Of a stretch of 64,000 nt of DNA, positions 26,088 through 37,119 are shown in pieces. How positions within the stretch are numbered: the stretch's first letter is position 1; each line of letters starts with the position of its first letter. Source of the stretch: Camelus ferus (lineage: Eukaryota); NCBI RefSeq assembly GCF_009834535.1, contig NC_045697.1, positions 79,176,001 through 79,240,000 of the forward strand. Direction: 5' to 3'. A model generated the notes under the pieces. The model made no database searches and was not told the origin of the DNA. It saw only the letters and a list, made by a program, of their open reading frames with translations. Position numbers and translations under genes: made by a program.

Positions 26088-28963
26088 GTAACTTCTTGGT
26101 TTCTGACTTAATGTAGTGAGAGGAACAGGTTTTGGAGATTAGAGGAAATTAAGAGTTCTCTTTTGGAAAATTAAATTTGAGGTGTTTTATAAGAAATCTG
26201 AATGAAATTAAGTAGATGATGGGATATATGTCTGCATCTCAGAGAACAGGTACAAGTTTAGCAGTCAGTCAGTAGTCGGTAAATAGTATTTTAAGTCATT
26301 ATTCCTGCTGAGATCACCCCAAGGAAGTAGATAGGCAGAGAATCCCAACCAAGTGTTGACCGTTAGAGGTCAGGAAGTAGAAAACCTGCCAAAAGAAGCA
26401 AATACAGAAGGATTGTGGGGAACCAAAGAATATGGTGTCACTGGAGCCAGAAAAAGAGAAGAGTCACGGTCTCAAATGCTCCTGGGGTATTGAGAGAAGA
26501 GGACAAGGTGTGTCAGTTCGGTTTGGGAACATGAATATTGGTGCATATTACCATTTTTACAAATGAAGGGGTAGAAACTGAGAAGTATCTTGCAAGGGGT
26601 GAAAAAATGGCCAGTGTAGACAACTTATTTGAAAAGTTGCTGTCAGAGAGAGCAGAGAAATGGGGTAGCTGGAGGGTATATGGGGTTGTGTGAAGGTTTT
26701 TATTTAAGATGCTTGAACTTCTAAAATAGTATAACTGGAAATTATGCCTGCTTTTTTACCCCAGTAATTGGAGAAATACATCTTTTAAGTAGAAGTCAGA
26801 ATTTTCATTTTACTTTAACTTATGTAAAGATGTTTTAATCATAATTTAAGAACACAGACATCTAAAAATGATTGTATTTCAAATATGTTTATAGTGTTCT
26901 CTCATCTTCATTTATTTAGTACTTCTGGTTAATTATCTGACAGTAAAGGAGATAACAAAAGAATTCACTGTAAAAGACAGATTTCCAGTATCTGATTCTT
27001 ATATCCTCAGGAAATATTAAAGCTGAAAATGAAATTAGGAAAATGATATTAAATTATCATGTGAGTATTTTTATTAATATTACAAATTAAAGGGGGTTTT
27101 TTTTTTCTGACACCCAGAAGTAAGTAGTATTGTCCTCTGTAGTACATCTCTGTAACATATCTTTTATATGTGACCATTAAATATAAGGACCGCCTTGTGC
27201 TCAGTCCTATGCAAAATATCTTACTATGTGTAATACCATGGTAAGGAGTCTACATACTTTAGCTCAGGATTTTCACAGAAACCCTGATGTAATCAGTTTT
27301 TCAGAAAAGGAAACTGAAGCTCAGAGCTACTGACAAATTATACAGGAAATGGTAGCTAAACCAAGGCAGTAATGATTCAGAGTCTACACTCAACACTATA
27401 CATACTTCCTTTCTGTAGAAATTAGAGTAGAATTGTTTTTGAGGGTTTTTGGTTTTTTTTTTTTTGAAGTTTGGAGTTTTTTTTTTTTACTTAGCTGTTA
27501 GAAAAAGTCTAAACTAACTTTGGATGATTGAAAAATTGTTTAAAGATATCAAAAGTTATACTATTGTAAAAAGGCACTTTGACCTAAGGCGAAGTTCCAC
27601 TATCATACCTTATTTGGCCTGTCTAACCTCAGAAGTTTCCTTTTGTAAAATGTTACTGCCTTGATTTTGGCTTTTGAGAATGATTTCACTACAGTATTAA
27701 GAAAGCTGTTGACTTCGCATGCATCTCACAATTTTCCATTCTGTGAAAATGCTAGTAAGCAATGCCAACTGGCTCCTCTCTAGTCCCTCAGTGACCTTCC
27801 AACCAGCAACAAAATGTTGAAATCAGCAACGGAGCTAAAACCACTGCTTTCCTATTTTCTTCACCAGTGTCCCTGAAAAGCATTGTTAGAGATACTAAGG
27901 CCAAATAAATATTTTCATATAGGTTGAATAGTAGAATGGTGAGTGATTGAACTTGAGGACAACTTGTACCAACTAGAAGCCCCATAAATTCCAGCTACAG
28001 TATTTATAGTGCTCATCCTTGGTCATCACCTGAAGTGGAAGCTCTAATTGTTTCAATCAGGGTCCAGTAAGTAAAATAGTAACCATACCTGTTATTTTAA
28101 CATAACAATTACTATAAAGAATTAAGTGTTAGAGGACTGGAAAAGTAAAAAGGGCCATGAGATAACATGGAAGCAGCTACCAAATATATAAACACAAAGT
28201 GTTAATAATTATCTCCTGGTAGTAAGATTATAGCTAATTTTTCTACAAGGCATATTAAAACAAATACATTCATGTTAGAGCCTAAAAGTAATGCTTCTTC
28301 AGGTTAATGCATTAAGTAGATAGTAGAAACAGAATCTTCTAGAATATGGTTATATAATCATATGGGATATGAGATTTCACCATTGTAAAGCACCCCTTTG
28401 TCGTAAACTTGCGGGTTCAAAAAGAAACTGCCTGTGACTAACACAGGCACCAATTAACACACCCCTTTATTTAAAGAATCCAAGAAAAATCAACTTCTTG
28501 GGACAAAAAAGTCCTTAAGAGATGAATTGAAAGTTTCACAACTTAGCTGTAGTACTTTGTATCAAACACCGATATTTTTGTTTGCCCTCAACCCCACCCC
28601 ACTGTGGCCATTTTTTGAGGAAATGCCTTTACTATCTACATGGTCACTTGCTGAAACCACCATTATTTAATAGGACCTGAGGAGAGTTGACTGGTAGATG
28701 GGTGGGCACCTGACCCAAGGTAATCTTTCCCTTGAACTGGAATTGGGAGATAAGGATTCTCTTTGGGTGGCATGAAGGGTTCTCACCATGTGATGTGAAG
28801 AACTAACGAAGCCAATATGCAATGAGGGGCACAGCTGGATTGTTTGAATCCCTAGCCAGAGCCTCTGCCTGTTGCCTACTACATTCCTTCCTCAGAGTAG
28901 TCTAAAAACAGTCCTTTCCTGTCTTCAGTAAGAGTTTCAGAGAAAATGGTTAGAGAATTAAAC

Positions 28964-28975
28964 TTTAATTTTATT
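28964..28975 (-). terminator. Candidate TIFA polyadenylation signal
   Basis: Minus strand AATAAA (28975-28970) directly followed by ATTAAA (28969-28964), ~750 nt after the stop; a second AATAAA at 28471-28466. Confidence 0.55.
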
Positions 28976-29727
28976 TATGTACACAGATGCTGTTAAAATT
29001 TTGAATTCATGGAATTTAAAAATCTGTAGTATGTAAACAATTCAAAATTTGGTAAGAAAAATGAAAAATAATCCTAAACACAGTGGTTCATGAAAATGTT
29101 TAAAATACTGGTTTTTAGATGCTGAATATAAACAAGGAGAACTGTAGTCTTGGCATAAACACCATAATTCTATAGGGAAAAAACACAGAAAATCAAAATA
29201 TTATTGTTTAAGTAAGTCTTCCCATATTAAAACCACAATGACACACAGACACTAAAACACACTATGCTCTATTCCAGTACTCTGGTACTATAAGTACCAA
29301 CAGGTTACAACACCCATAACTTGCTTGTAGCTCTGACCTTGAAAACAAATGGCTGTTATGAAATAGTATGACCAAACCAAGAGATGGTTCTGTACAAATC
29401 AAAATGAAACAATACAAAATGTAGGACCAAAATCAAGCATAAAAATAAAGTAACATAACCTTATTTTGAGAACACTAATCCTTCATTACAAAGGATACTT
29501 TTTATGTATTAACGCTTACAGAGTACACTTACAGTAATTCTTTATACATCCAGCAATGCAACAAGAGCCTAAAGCAATGACTAACACAACTGACAGGCTT
29601 CAAATGACATCAGATCATAACAACATAACAGATGACAATAATATACTACACTGATAAACTCTTAATAAGGGAAGTATCTATAAAGTGTCTAGAGTTCTTC
29701 AGCCATGATTCTCTTAGCCCTGTGTGT

Positions 29728-30282
29728 TCACCATTCATTTTCACCCATTTCTACAGGAGAATTGTTTTGGGTAGAGGAGGATGAATAACCGCCACACTCA
29801 GGTATGGGCTCTGATAGCCAGTTGTTTTCTTGCAACAGTGGTTGTGTAGACAAAGTAAATTGAATCTCAAAAAACTCTAATGATTCTCCATCTTCCTTCT
29901 CTATCAGAAACTGATAGTCCCCAAATCTAACCATGCACTTGTATGGCAGGTCCATTTTATTTAGGTAGCCCAGCTCCTTGTTGTCCACAATCAGATTGGC
30001 CTTCTTACTCATATTTTTAATTTCAAAAGAGAGAACTGAGCTACCAAACTTTTTAAACAGCTGCAGAGAAAACTGAACTCGGGAAACCTGTTTATCCTGA
30101 AAGGTATAATGACAGGTGTTGGAATTTCGGCCAAATTTCACCACTTCACTGGAGGAGAGTTTCTCTCGGTTAAAAAATCTTATTGACTGGAATATTCCAC
30201 TTCGCTGGTAGCCAGGATGATAAACAGTCATCTGGAGACAGGTTACTGTCTCTTCCGTGTCAGCATCTTCAAAACCAGACAT
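29728..30282 (-). CDS. TIFA: TRAF-interacting protein with FHA domain A, complete 184-aa CDS in one exon
   Basis: cacatcATG at 30282; [17 protein letters not shown]...FGRNSN...VSRVQFS...PIPE...PVEMGENEW*; Thr9 (ALPK1 phospho-site), FHA core residues and the C-terminal PxExxE TRAF6 motif are all present. Confidence 0.97.
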   Translation of the reverse strand: MSGFEDADTEETVTCLQMTVYHPGYQRSGIFQSIRFFNREKLSSSEVVKFGRNSNTCHYTFQDKQVSRVQFSLQLFKKFGSSVLSFEIKNMSKKANLIVDNKELGYLNKMDLPYKCMVRFGDYQFLIEKEDGESLEFFEIQFTLSTQPLLQENNWLSEPIPECGGYSSSSTQNNSPVEMGENEW

Positions 30283-30332
30283 GATGTGCACCAGAATCTG
30301 ACCTGCCTGCAACAATCAAATCAGCACATTAG
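30283..30332 (-). other. TIFA: TIFA coding-exon splice acceptor region and short 5' UTR
   Basis: Minus strand reads ctaat(branch)gtgctgatttgattgttgCAGgCAGgtCAGattctggtgcacatcATG; the first AG makes the exon start at 30306. Confidence 0.7.
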
Positions 30333-33300
30333 TTCACTCCCATATGTCAAGCACTCAGATCTTGGATTATAATATTTTGAATGAAAATTTTCTGATAGGT
30401 GATTTATTTAAACTTTAAGAAAATGATACATAGAATACTTTCAACTAACTAGTAGAAACGTGAAATGTTATACTAAGCCCCATGAGAAATGATGCATTAC
30501 TTTTTCCTATTTTTCATTTCTAGTTTGACAGTAAGACTACACATATAATCTGGACAGTAACAAGGAATGATTATTGATAAAGTGATTTGGGGGGAACATA
30601 AAGAAACTTCAGTTCAGTTCCTTTCTCATTTAAATTGAGTGACTTGGGCCCAGACAAAATAGGACAGCTATACTTTAAAAAGAAAATCAGGAATAAAGAA
30701 TCCCTTTGGTGCGAATACCCTCATAGGATATACACATAAAGAAATCTATAGTTTATTAACTGAATTATAATTTGATACTATGAGTTATGAAATCTGATTA
30801 AAGAAATTTAAAAGTTATAAACAAGTAACTGCAACATTTGTCCTGTATATCCTTAGATTTCTAGTAAGTAAAGGTTTAAAAACAGTAAATGCTTTAAAAG
30901 TTTATTTTATTCTATAATTTTAAAATGTAGACATTATATGCTTTTAATTGAAAAATAAATCTCCTTGAGGTAGTTCTAAATATCATATAGTCTGTACTTG
31001 TACTGAAATTATTTAATTTTGTCAATGGTTCCTAATGACTAGACAGACAAACTGTCATTAACCACAAGCAACACAATCTAACTGCTGTTAACCACATCCC
31101 TGTTGAGTGCACGGCCCTTTGGTGTCCTCCACCTACACTATAAGTACCTGTTAATAATCAGTGGAGTAGTTTAAGCAGTAAAACAGGACAGAAGAATTAG
31201 TTACTAAAATCTATGAGAAGTTATTTTGACACAGAACTGCCAGTTTAGTTTCTTTTAAAAGAACTGCATGCACATGATTAAAAAATTCAAACATTTAAAA
31301 AGAATTTTTTTAAGTATCTTCTTTCCACCCTAATCCTTTGTTTACTCTTTGAGAGTCAACTACTGTAAAAGTTGCGTTTATCCTTACAGAAGTCTGAAAC
31401 ACAATAAATATAACTATGTGTGTGCTCAAAGACATACACATATCTAAACATACAAAAAAAATTTTCTTACACAAATAGGAACATACTGTACTTAATTCTA
31501 GACCTTGCATTTTTTTTTTGATTAGTAATACAAACGGGTGATTTTTTCCATATCTATACATATAAATATACCTCAGTCTTGAATAGCTGCCTAGAATTCC
31601 TTTAATCTCGTGTGGTGGTTATTACACCAGGAGATACAGGGTGATGATGAGTCCTCCGGGCCTTCCTTAAATACTATGCAGGACTTACAGTGGGGTTTGA
31701 GGAGCAATGGCCTTAAGCGAAGCTGACTTGTAGTTTTATTGTTTTTTGTTTGCCATCTGTATTAGATATTGGTATCAAATAATGCTGGTTAAAAAGAAAA
31801 AAAGCAGAATGTTTTCCTTTTCTTTCTATGCTTGCTGCTGTGTACTTTTAAGAGAATCTTTTCTGTTTTGCAAAGTTGTGCTGCTAAAAATCAAACTCAG
31901 TTTATTCAATTACTCAACAAATGACATAACTAAGGAAAATTTCTTTTTTATTGATTTGGAAATATATCTGTAATTTTAAATTTACTTTCATAATAGGCTC
32001 TTTTTGGACATTATTATATCATATTGCCTTACTCAAGCAGACAACAAATGCCCAGCTATAAGCAGAAAAACAGAGAGGAACATTCAAAATCTTGGGACAA
32101 GGGTGGTAAGAATTACTATAAAACCAAAGGCAGCAAGAACTAACACACAAAGACAAGAATTAATCAATTCTACACTGCAGGACTTGAAGATAATTTAATT
32201 ACAATAATAAATATTTAAGAAGCAGACAGCTTAAAAGAATAATCATAACAAATCATGAGATGATACAATTATTGGTTGACAAGGAAAGAATTAGCTGTTA
32301 ACAAAGAGTGTAAAAAGAAACTTCTTGTCATGATCTCTGCCTTGTCTAGGATACGCTGCCACCACTCTAATTCATTTCTGGACTTCGGACAGTAACAGTT
32401 CTAAAAGGAGACCTGGATGTTAAAACATGGTATATTCTGGATAATGTCTTTTGGTAACACCCAAATTTTGTTTTTGTGTTCTTTATATAACCTAGTAGCT
32501 TAGAACTCAGTCTTTAGAGCAAATCCACCATCAGGAAAACTTTGCCCCATATAGGCTCTTATGGCTAGTACACAGGGCAAATGTATTATCCACTGCAAAG
32601 GAAAAAGCTGGCATTCTGGTTTATAAATCAGTGGCTATAAGTGTCTTGGGTGAAGTGAAGCAATCAGCATCTGATGAACTTCTGGGTTCACAATTGTGAG
32701 CCTCCAACAAACACTGAGGGAGACCGTGTCACTGTCAAACATTTACTGCCCCTCACTACCAGGCCCATCTCTACTGGCTCTGCCCCTTTAAAAGATGATC
32801 TTTCCCACTCCATTGACAATCATATCAATGAAATGTGAAGCTTATTTCTAAGCATACATTATAAAAATCACTGTGCAGGTAGATCCTTTCCTCTGTTACA
32901 TTTGCAGTCCCCAAAAGGAGCAGCTCAGCGTGGGTCCCAGAGGGAAAGACCAAAGACAGAGCCATAAAAGACTTACCATACGAGCAAGAAATCAATCCTT
33001 TTTGTAACTTATTTGTTACTGAGCCATAATATTACCCTGACATATGTCCCTCACCTATCGTATGAATGTATGAAAGTTACAAAGCCTGACAGTAATAAAG
33101 GCTACTACTTACTGAATGCCTTTCATGTACCAGGCACAGTGCTAGCCCTGTATACATACTGTCTTATCTAATTTTCAAAATAACAGTATGAACCATCACT
33201 TCACAGACAAAGGAGGTGAGTCTCAGCGGGTTTAGCCAAGTAGCCGAGGTCACAAAGCCAGTATCAAAGGCAGGATTCAAACAGAATGGAAATGCACCCT

Positions 33301-34552
33301 TTCTCTTGCCCACTACAAACATTACTCCCTGTTACCAGTTACTTCACAAACCAGCGTAGCTAACCAGGAGAGAAGAGAGCCATGGAGGTGTGTTGATTAG
33401 AACCAGCAAGAAACCAACCTAGAATTAGTGTTGAGGAGGTAAATACACTGTTACTGCCTCCTTATAAGAGGAAGAGGCTGTGAAGCACCAGGTTACTGGG
33501 AATATTAGTTATCCTTAATATGGATATTGGCATGTTACTAGTAATTATGGTGGGCTGCAGGGAGCACCAAAGTTGAGTAAACCTTGGTCTCTGACCTCAG
33601 GGAACTTAGAAACTAATCTATTCATTGATTTCCAGAGCTGCAAGTTCCCTCTACAAAGTGGCCTGAATCTCTAACATTTCAGAGTGGACAGCAGAAAAAT
33701 AGAAAAGACAGAAACTAACCAAAAAAACTAAAATAATGAAATTGCTGGATCTTTCATGTAAAAAGTCATTCAAAAGTAGCTTTTTCAAATCTGATTGGCC
33801 TAAGTTATCAAAGAAACATAAGAACAATGAGCTTACATAGTGGTAACAGTTGTTACATCTGGAGAGGGAAACTGGGGTCAGGGGTGTAAAGGAGACTTTT
33901 CACTGTGCACTCTGTACCTTTGGAATTTTATACCATGTGCATCTAATATGCAGTGAAACATGTAACAAGTATTTCCTTTACAAAGTCATAAAGCATCTGA
34001 TTTGTATAGTATTAAATGGAGTTGGAGGCTATCATTAAAGTGATAAACTATGATCTCTGATATCAAAAACTTGTAAAATACTGTTGATGATGTCTGACAT
34101 ACAGTAGCATCTGTATTAACATATGAACCACAACTAACTGCTGGCACTGAGCTAGTAGGAGGGGAAGAGAGACTTGGAAGCACAGCAAAAAAGGCAGCTA
34201 TCCTGCCTGACCCGTCTCACCGGTCATCACCCTGCAGTGTGGCTTTGAAGACATCCCTGAACGCTCCTATTCAGCAGAATCAATACTTACTAAACAGGTC
34301 TTGCAAAAGGACTCGTGAAAAACCAAAACAGCAGGAGGAAACCCTTAGGTAAAGCTCAGGGGTTTTTCTTTTTCTTTCTTTCTCTTTTTAAATCAGAGAC
34401 GGTGTCTTCTTTCTCCAATTCTGCCTGGCTGGCCTGCGTCCAATCAAAATTGCAGTCCGATTCGCTGTGAGGGCAGACTTCCGCTGCGAGGTTGAGTGTG
34501 GACTCTGGCTCCAGAGAATTTGGAAAAATTCTTCTTTCAATCTGGAAGCTGG

Positions 34553-34562
34553 GGAAAGTCCC
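34553..34562 (-). promoter_or_regulatory. Perfect NF-kB site
   Basis: GGAAAGTCCC is the reverse complement of the canonical GGGACTTTCC; lies at the edge of the TIFA CpG island. Confidence 0.6.
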
Positions 34563-34859
34563 GAAAAACAAGGGATTACGTTATTTCCCTAATGAACCAG
34601 GCTGAAGCAAGGAAGGAGGATGTAGAAGAGCCCCCCGGGTCTCAGCAGAAAAGTCTCTGCCAAGCGAGAGTGAGGGACGGTGGGCGACGGCGAGGGGTCT
34701 CCCGCAACCACTGTGAGCTACCCTTCATAAACTTTTTCTTGTTTACGGATTAGAAAAAAAAAATTTGCAAAGCACAGAAAAGTACAAGTAGAACACTTAA
34801 ATCCCATCTCTAGTATTTCTCCTCAGTGCTCCTTCCTCTGGTCTGCAAGTATTACTCTA

Positions 34860-35560
34860 TTTTGTGAAGCCGGGATCACGCCGTGAGTAACTGCTCCAGC
34901 GTCTGCGCGTAGCCGAGCCAGCAGGAGGAGCGGGTGACGACTGTCTGTCTATACAACACCCCGAAAGTGTCCTTGACAAAGCTTCCCTCTCCGGGCGATA
35001 AGCAGAAAAGACCGTCCCCACGTCATCCCTCAGACCGCCACCCGGCAGGTACCTCGGCGTCCCAGAGTCCTTCCCAGAGCGGCTTCGCGTTCCGGGCTCC
35101 GCACGAGGTTAATGGACGCGACCCGGCGGACGGCCCCGGATCGCAGGCGGTCACCGCCCACCGCCCACCGCAACGCGTCCGCGCCGCACTCGGTGAAAAC
35201 GCCCGCCCGCCGCGCCGCAGCTACAGCGGTGGGGGCTGGGGGGCAGGTGTGAGCCGGAGCTGGGGGACAGCGCCGAGGAGGGAGAGAGACGCAGACGCCT
35301 CTCAGCCCTGCGGGGCCAAGGCCTTCCCGCGCGCGTGGTGACGCCTAAATCCCGCAGGCCGAGCGCGCCCCCCCGCCTTCCCTTCCCCGAGCGCTTAGGA
35401 CGCAAAGTGCGAGGTTCCCAGACTCCTCCCAGCCCTCGCCCCCCTCCCTCCTCCGCGCGGTGACCGCACCGCGGACGTCGCCCTTTCTGACGAGAAGTCC
35501 AGCCGCCTTCTGAGCTCCCAGAACAGGTTTGATGCGTGGTAAGCCGGCGGGGACCCCACC
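34860..35560. promoter_or_regulatory. TIFA: CpG island: TIFA promoter and non-coding exon 1 (minus strand), possibly bidirectional
   Basis: Only GC/CpG-dense stretch in the window, with GC boxes, ~5 kb upstream of the TIFA coding exon; exact exon-1 donor not resolved (candidates GTGGGC at 35168, GTGCGG near 35188, GTACCT near 35052). Confidence 0.85.
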
Positions 35561-36548
35561 TCCCAAACAAGAGCCCCTCTTCTGAAGAGGATGTGACTTG
35601 CGAGCTGGATTTTGAAAAGGGAACAGAATCACTTCAACATTGAGGGCTGCTTCCCACACACACACACTGCAAGTGCTGGCCGGGACCGGGGTCGAGGGAC
35701 GCGAGGAGTTGAACCTCCCAGTCAAGACAGGTGCCTGGCTCACATTATTCTTATTTAATCCCCAAGGCCGGGAGAGTGGGCCTCCCTTACAGATGAGTAA
35801 ACTGAGGCCCAGAGGGTGGTTAAGTTTCCGGGCGAGCAACAGCACACGCAGGGCGTGAACTTGCTCCAGGGCTCCTAATCTGCCTCCCGGTGCCGGTGAT
35901 GCTCTGGTCTGACGCCCAAGCAGTCCAGGCGCTTCCTCTCTCGCACCATCCACCCGAAGGGATTCTTCACTCAACACCCAGGGTCTCGGGTTCCAAAAGT
36001 AAGGGCTGGTACTCGGTACAACGGGAAACTGTCAACCTCAGGAGTCCTTTATAGCCTAGAGTGAATAAGGTGATACTATTTTTCTGCCTCAGGGAGAAGA
36101 TCTGGAATGAACTAAAAGGTGCAGAGCGCCTACTACAGTAGATGTCTAGAAGGAGATAAGAGACTATGTGAGGAGGAAAAAGGATTGAGCACAGCGGCGG
36201 GAGGACAAAGCTTGCAGTGACCTTGGTCATACTGGCCTACCTATTTGAAGGCTTGGAAACCGCCCACCAATTCTGGTAAATGTCTGATGGAAGCCTCCCA
36301 TTTGTCTCAGTTCTGTCCTTGACTTCAGGACAGTACTTGTTTATGGTTCTGTTTCACTGGCAATAAAATGACAGTGACGCTTGCTGCTTCACCATCTGAT
36401 AGGTTCTGAGAAGGGGTTAAGTATTAAACTCTCGGAGTTAGATACAATCAAGAACCGTAAGCATGAGGAAGGAAGGGTGCATCTGTAAGTAAGGCAGATT
36501 CCTATAAGGCTGCAATTTTGTTCGTTAATCATCAACACTATTTCTTCC

Positions 36549-36550
<2 letters not shown>

Positions 36551-36592
<42 letters not shown>

Positions 36593-36634
36593 GAGAGAGA
36601 GAGAGAGAGAGAGAGGAGAGTGAGAGAGAGAGAG
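36551..36634. repeat. (GA)n microsatellite, imperfect
   Basis: About 84 bp of GA repeats with occasional GGA/GT interruptions. Confidence 0.95.
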
Positions 36635-37119
36635 TCACAGTACCTTTTTTTCAGCCAAAGAACGTTAGAGCAGGTGGAAGATAAGACATGCAATTGAACT
36701 ACACCAGTAAACTCACACAATAAAATATTATTAGAATTGGAGTTTCTGATCTCTAATCTTTAAAATTAGTCTGTGAAAATGCTTTATAAACTGCAAAGGA
36801 CTATTTAAGTAGGTGTTATTAATAACACTAACAGAGAAAATGCAACAACTGCTAAAATTCACGATCTTGAAAACATTATTCCATTTTTCTGTTTCCTTTA
36901 AGATAACTTGATTTATAAAATGACCCAAAATGAGACTTAAAGTCCAGATCAGGATCTAATCTGAGTAATGGTTTTCTCCCTCTGACAACTGGTTAAAAAC
37001 AATGGCCTTAAAACTGAAAATTGTTTTTGGAAGTTGAGAAACAGCCACAAATGCACACTTGAAGTTTCTGTTCCTTAAAGGTTTGAGGAGACACTCGACA
37101 GTGGCTACATGCTCCTGAT

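Larger units (their letters stand above)
23850..26720 (-). mobile_element. L2 remnant (23850-24130 and ~26095-26720) split by younger insertions
   Basis: L2 3' end (tttattcagcaaata) and collinear antisense L2 body on both sides of the L1/LTR block. Confidence 0.6.

Noticed and set aside
30283..30315. 195-aa TIFA ORF starting at a TTG
   Set aside because: The TTG is in the intron upstream of the acceptor; the conserved protein starts at the ATG at 30282
34934..35977. Long ORFs (135, 139, 210 aa) over the CpG island
   Set aside because: Low stop-codon frequency in GC-rich DNA; R/G/P/A-biased with no recognisable domain; partly MIR-derived
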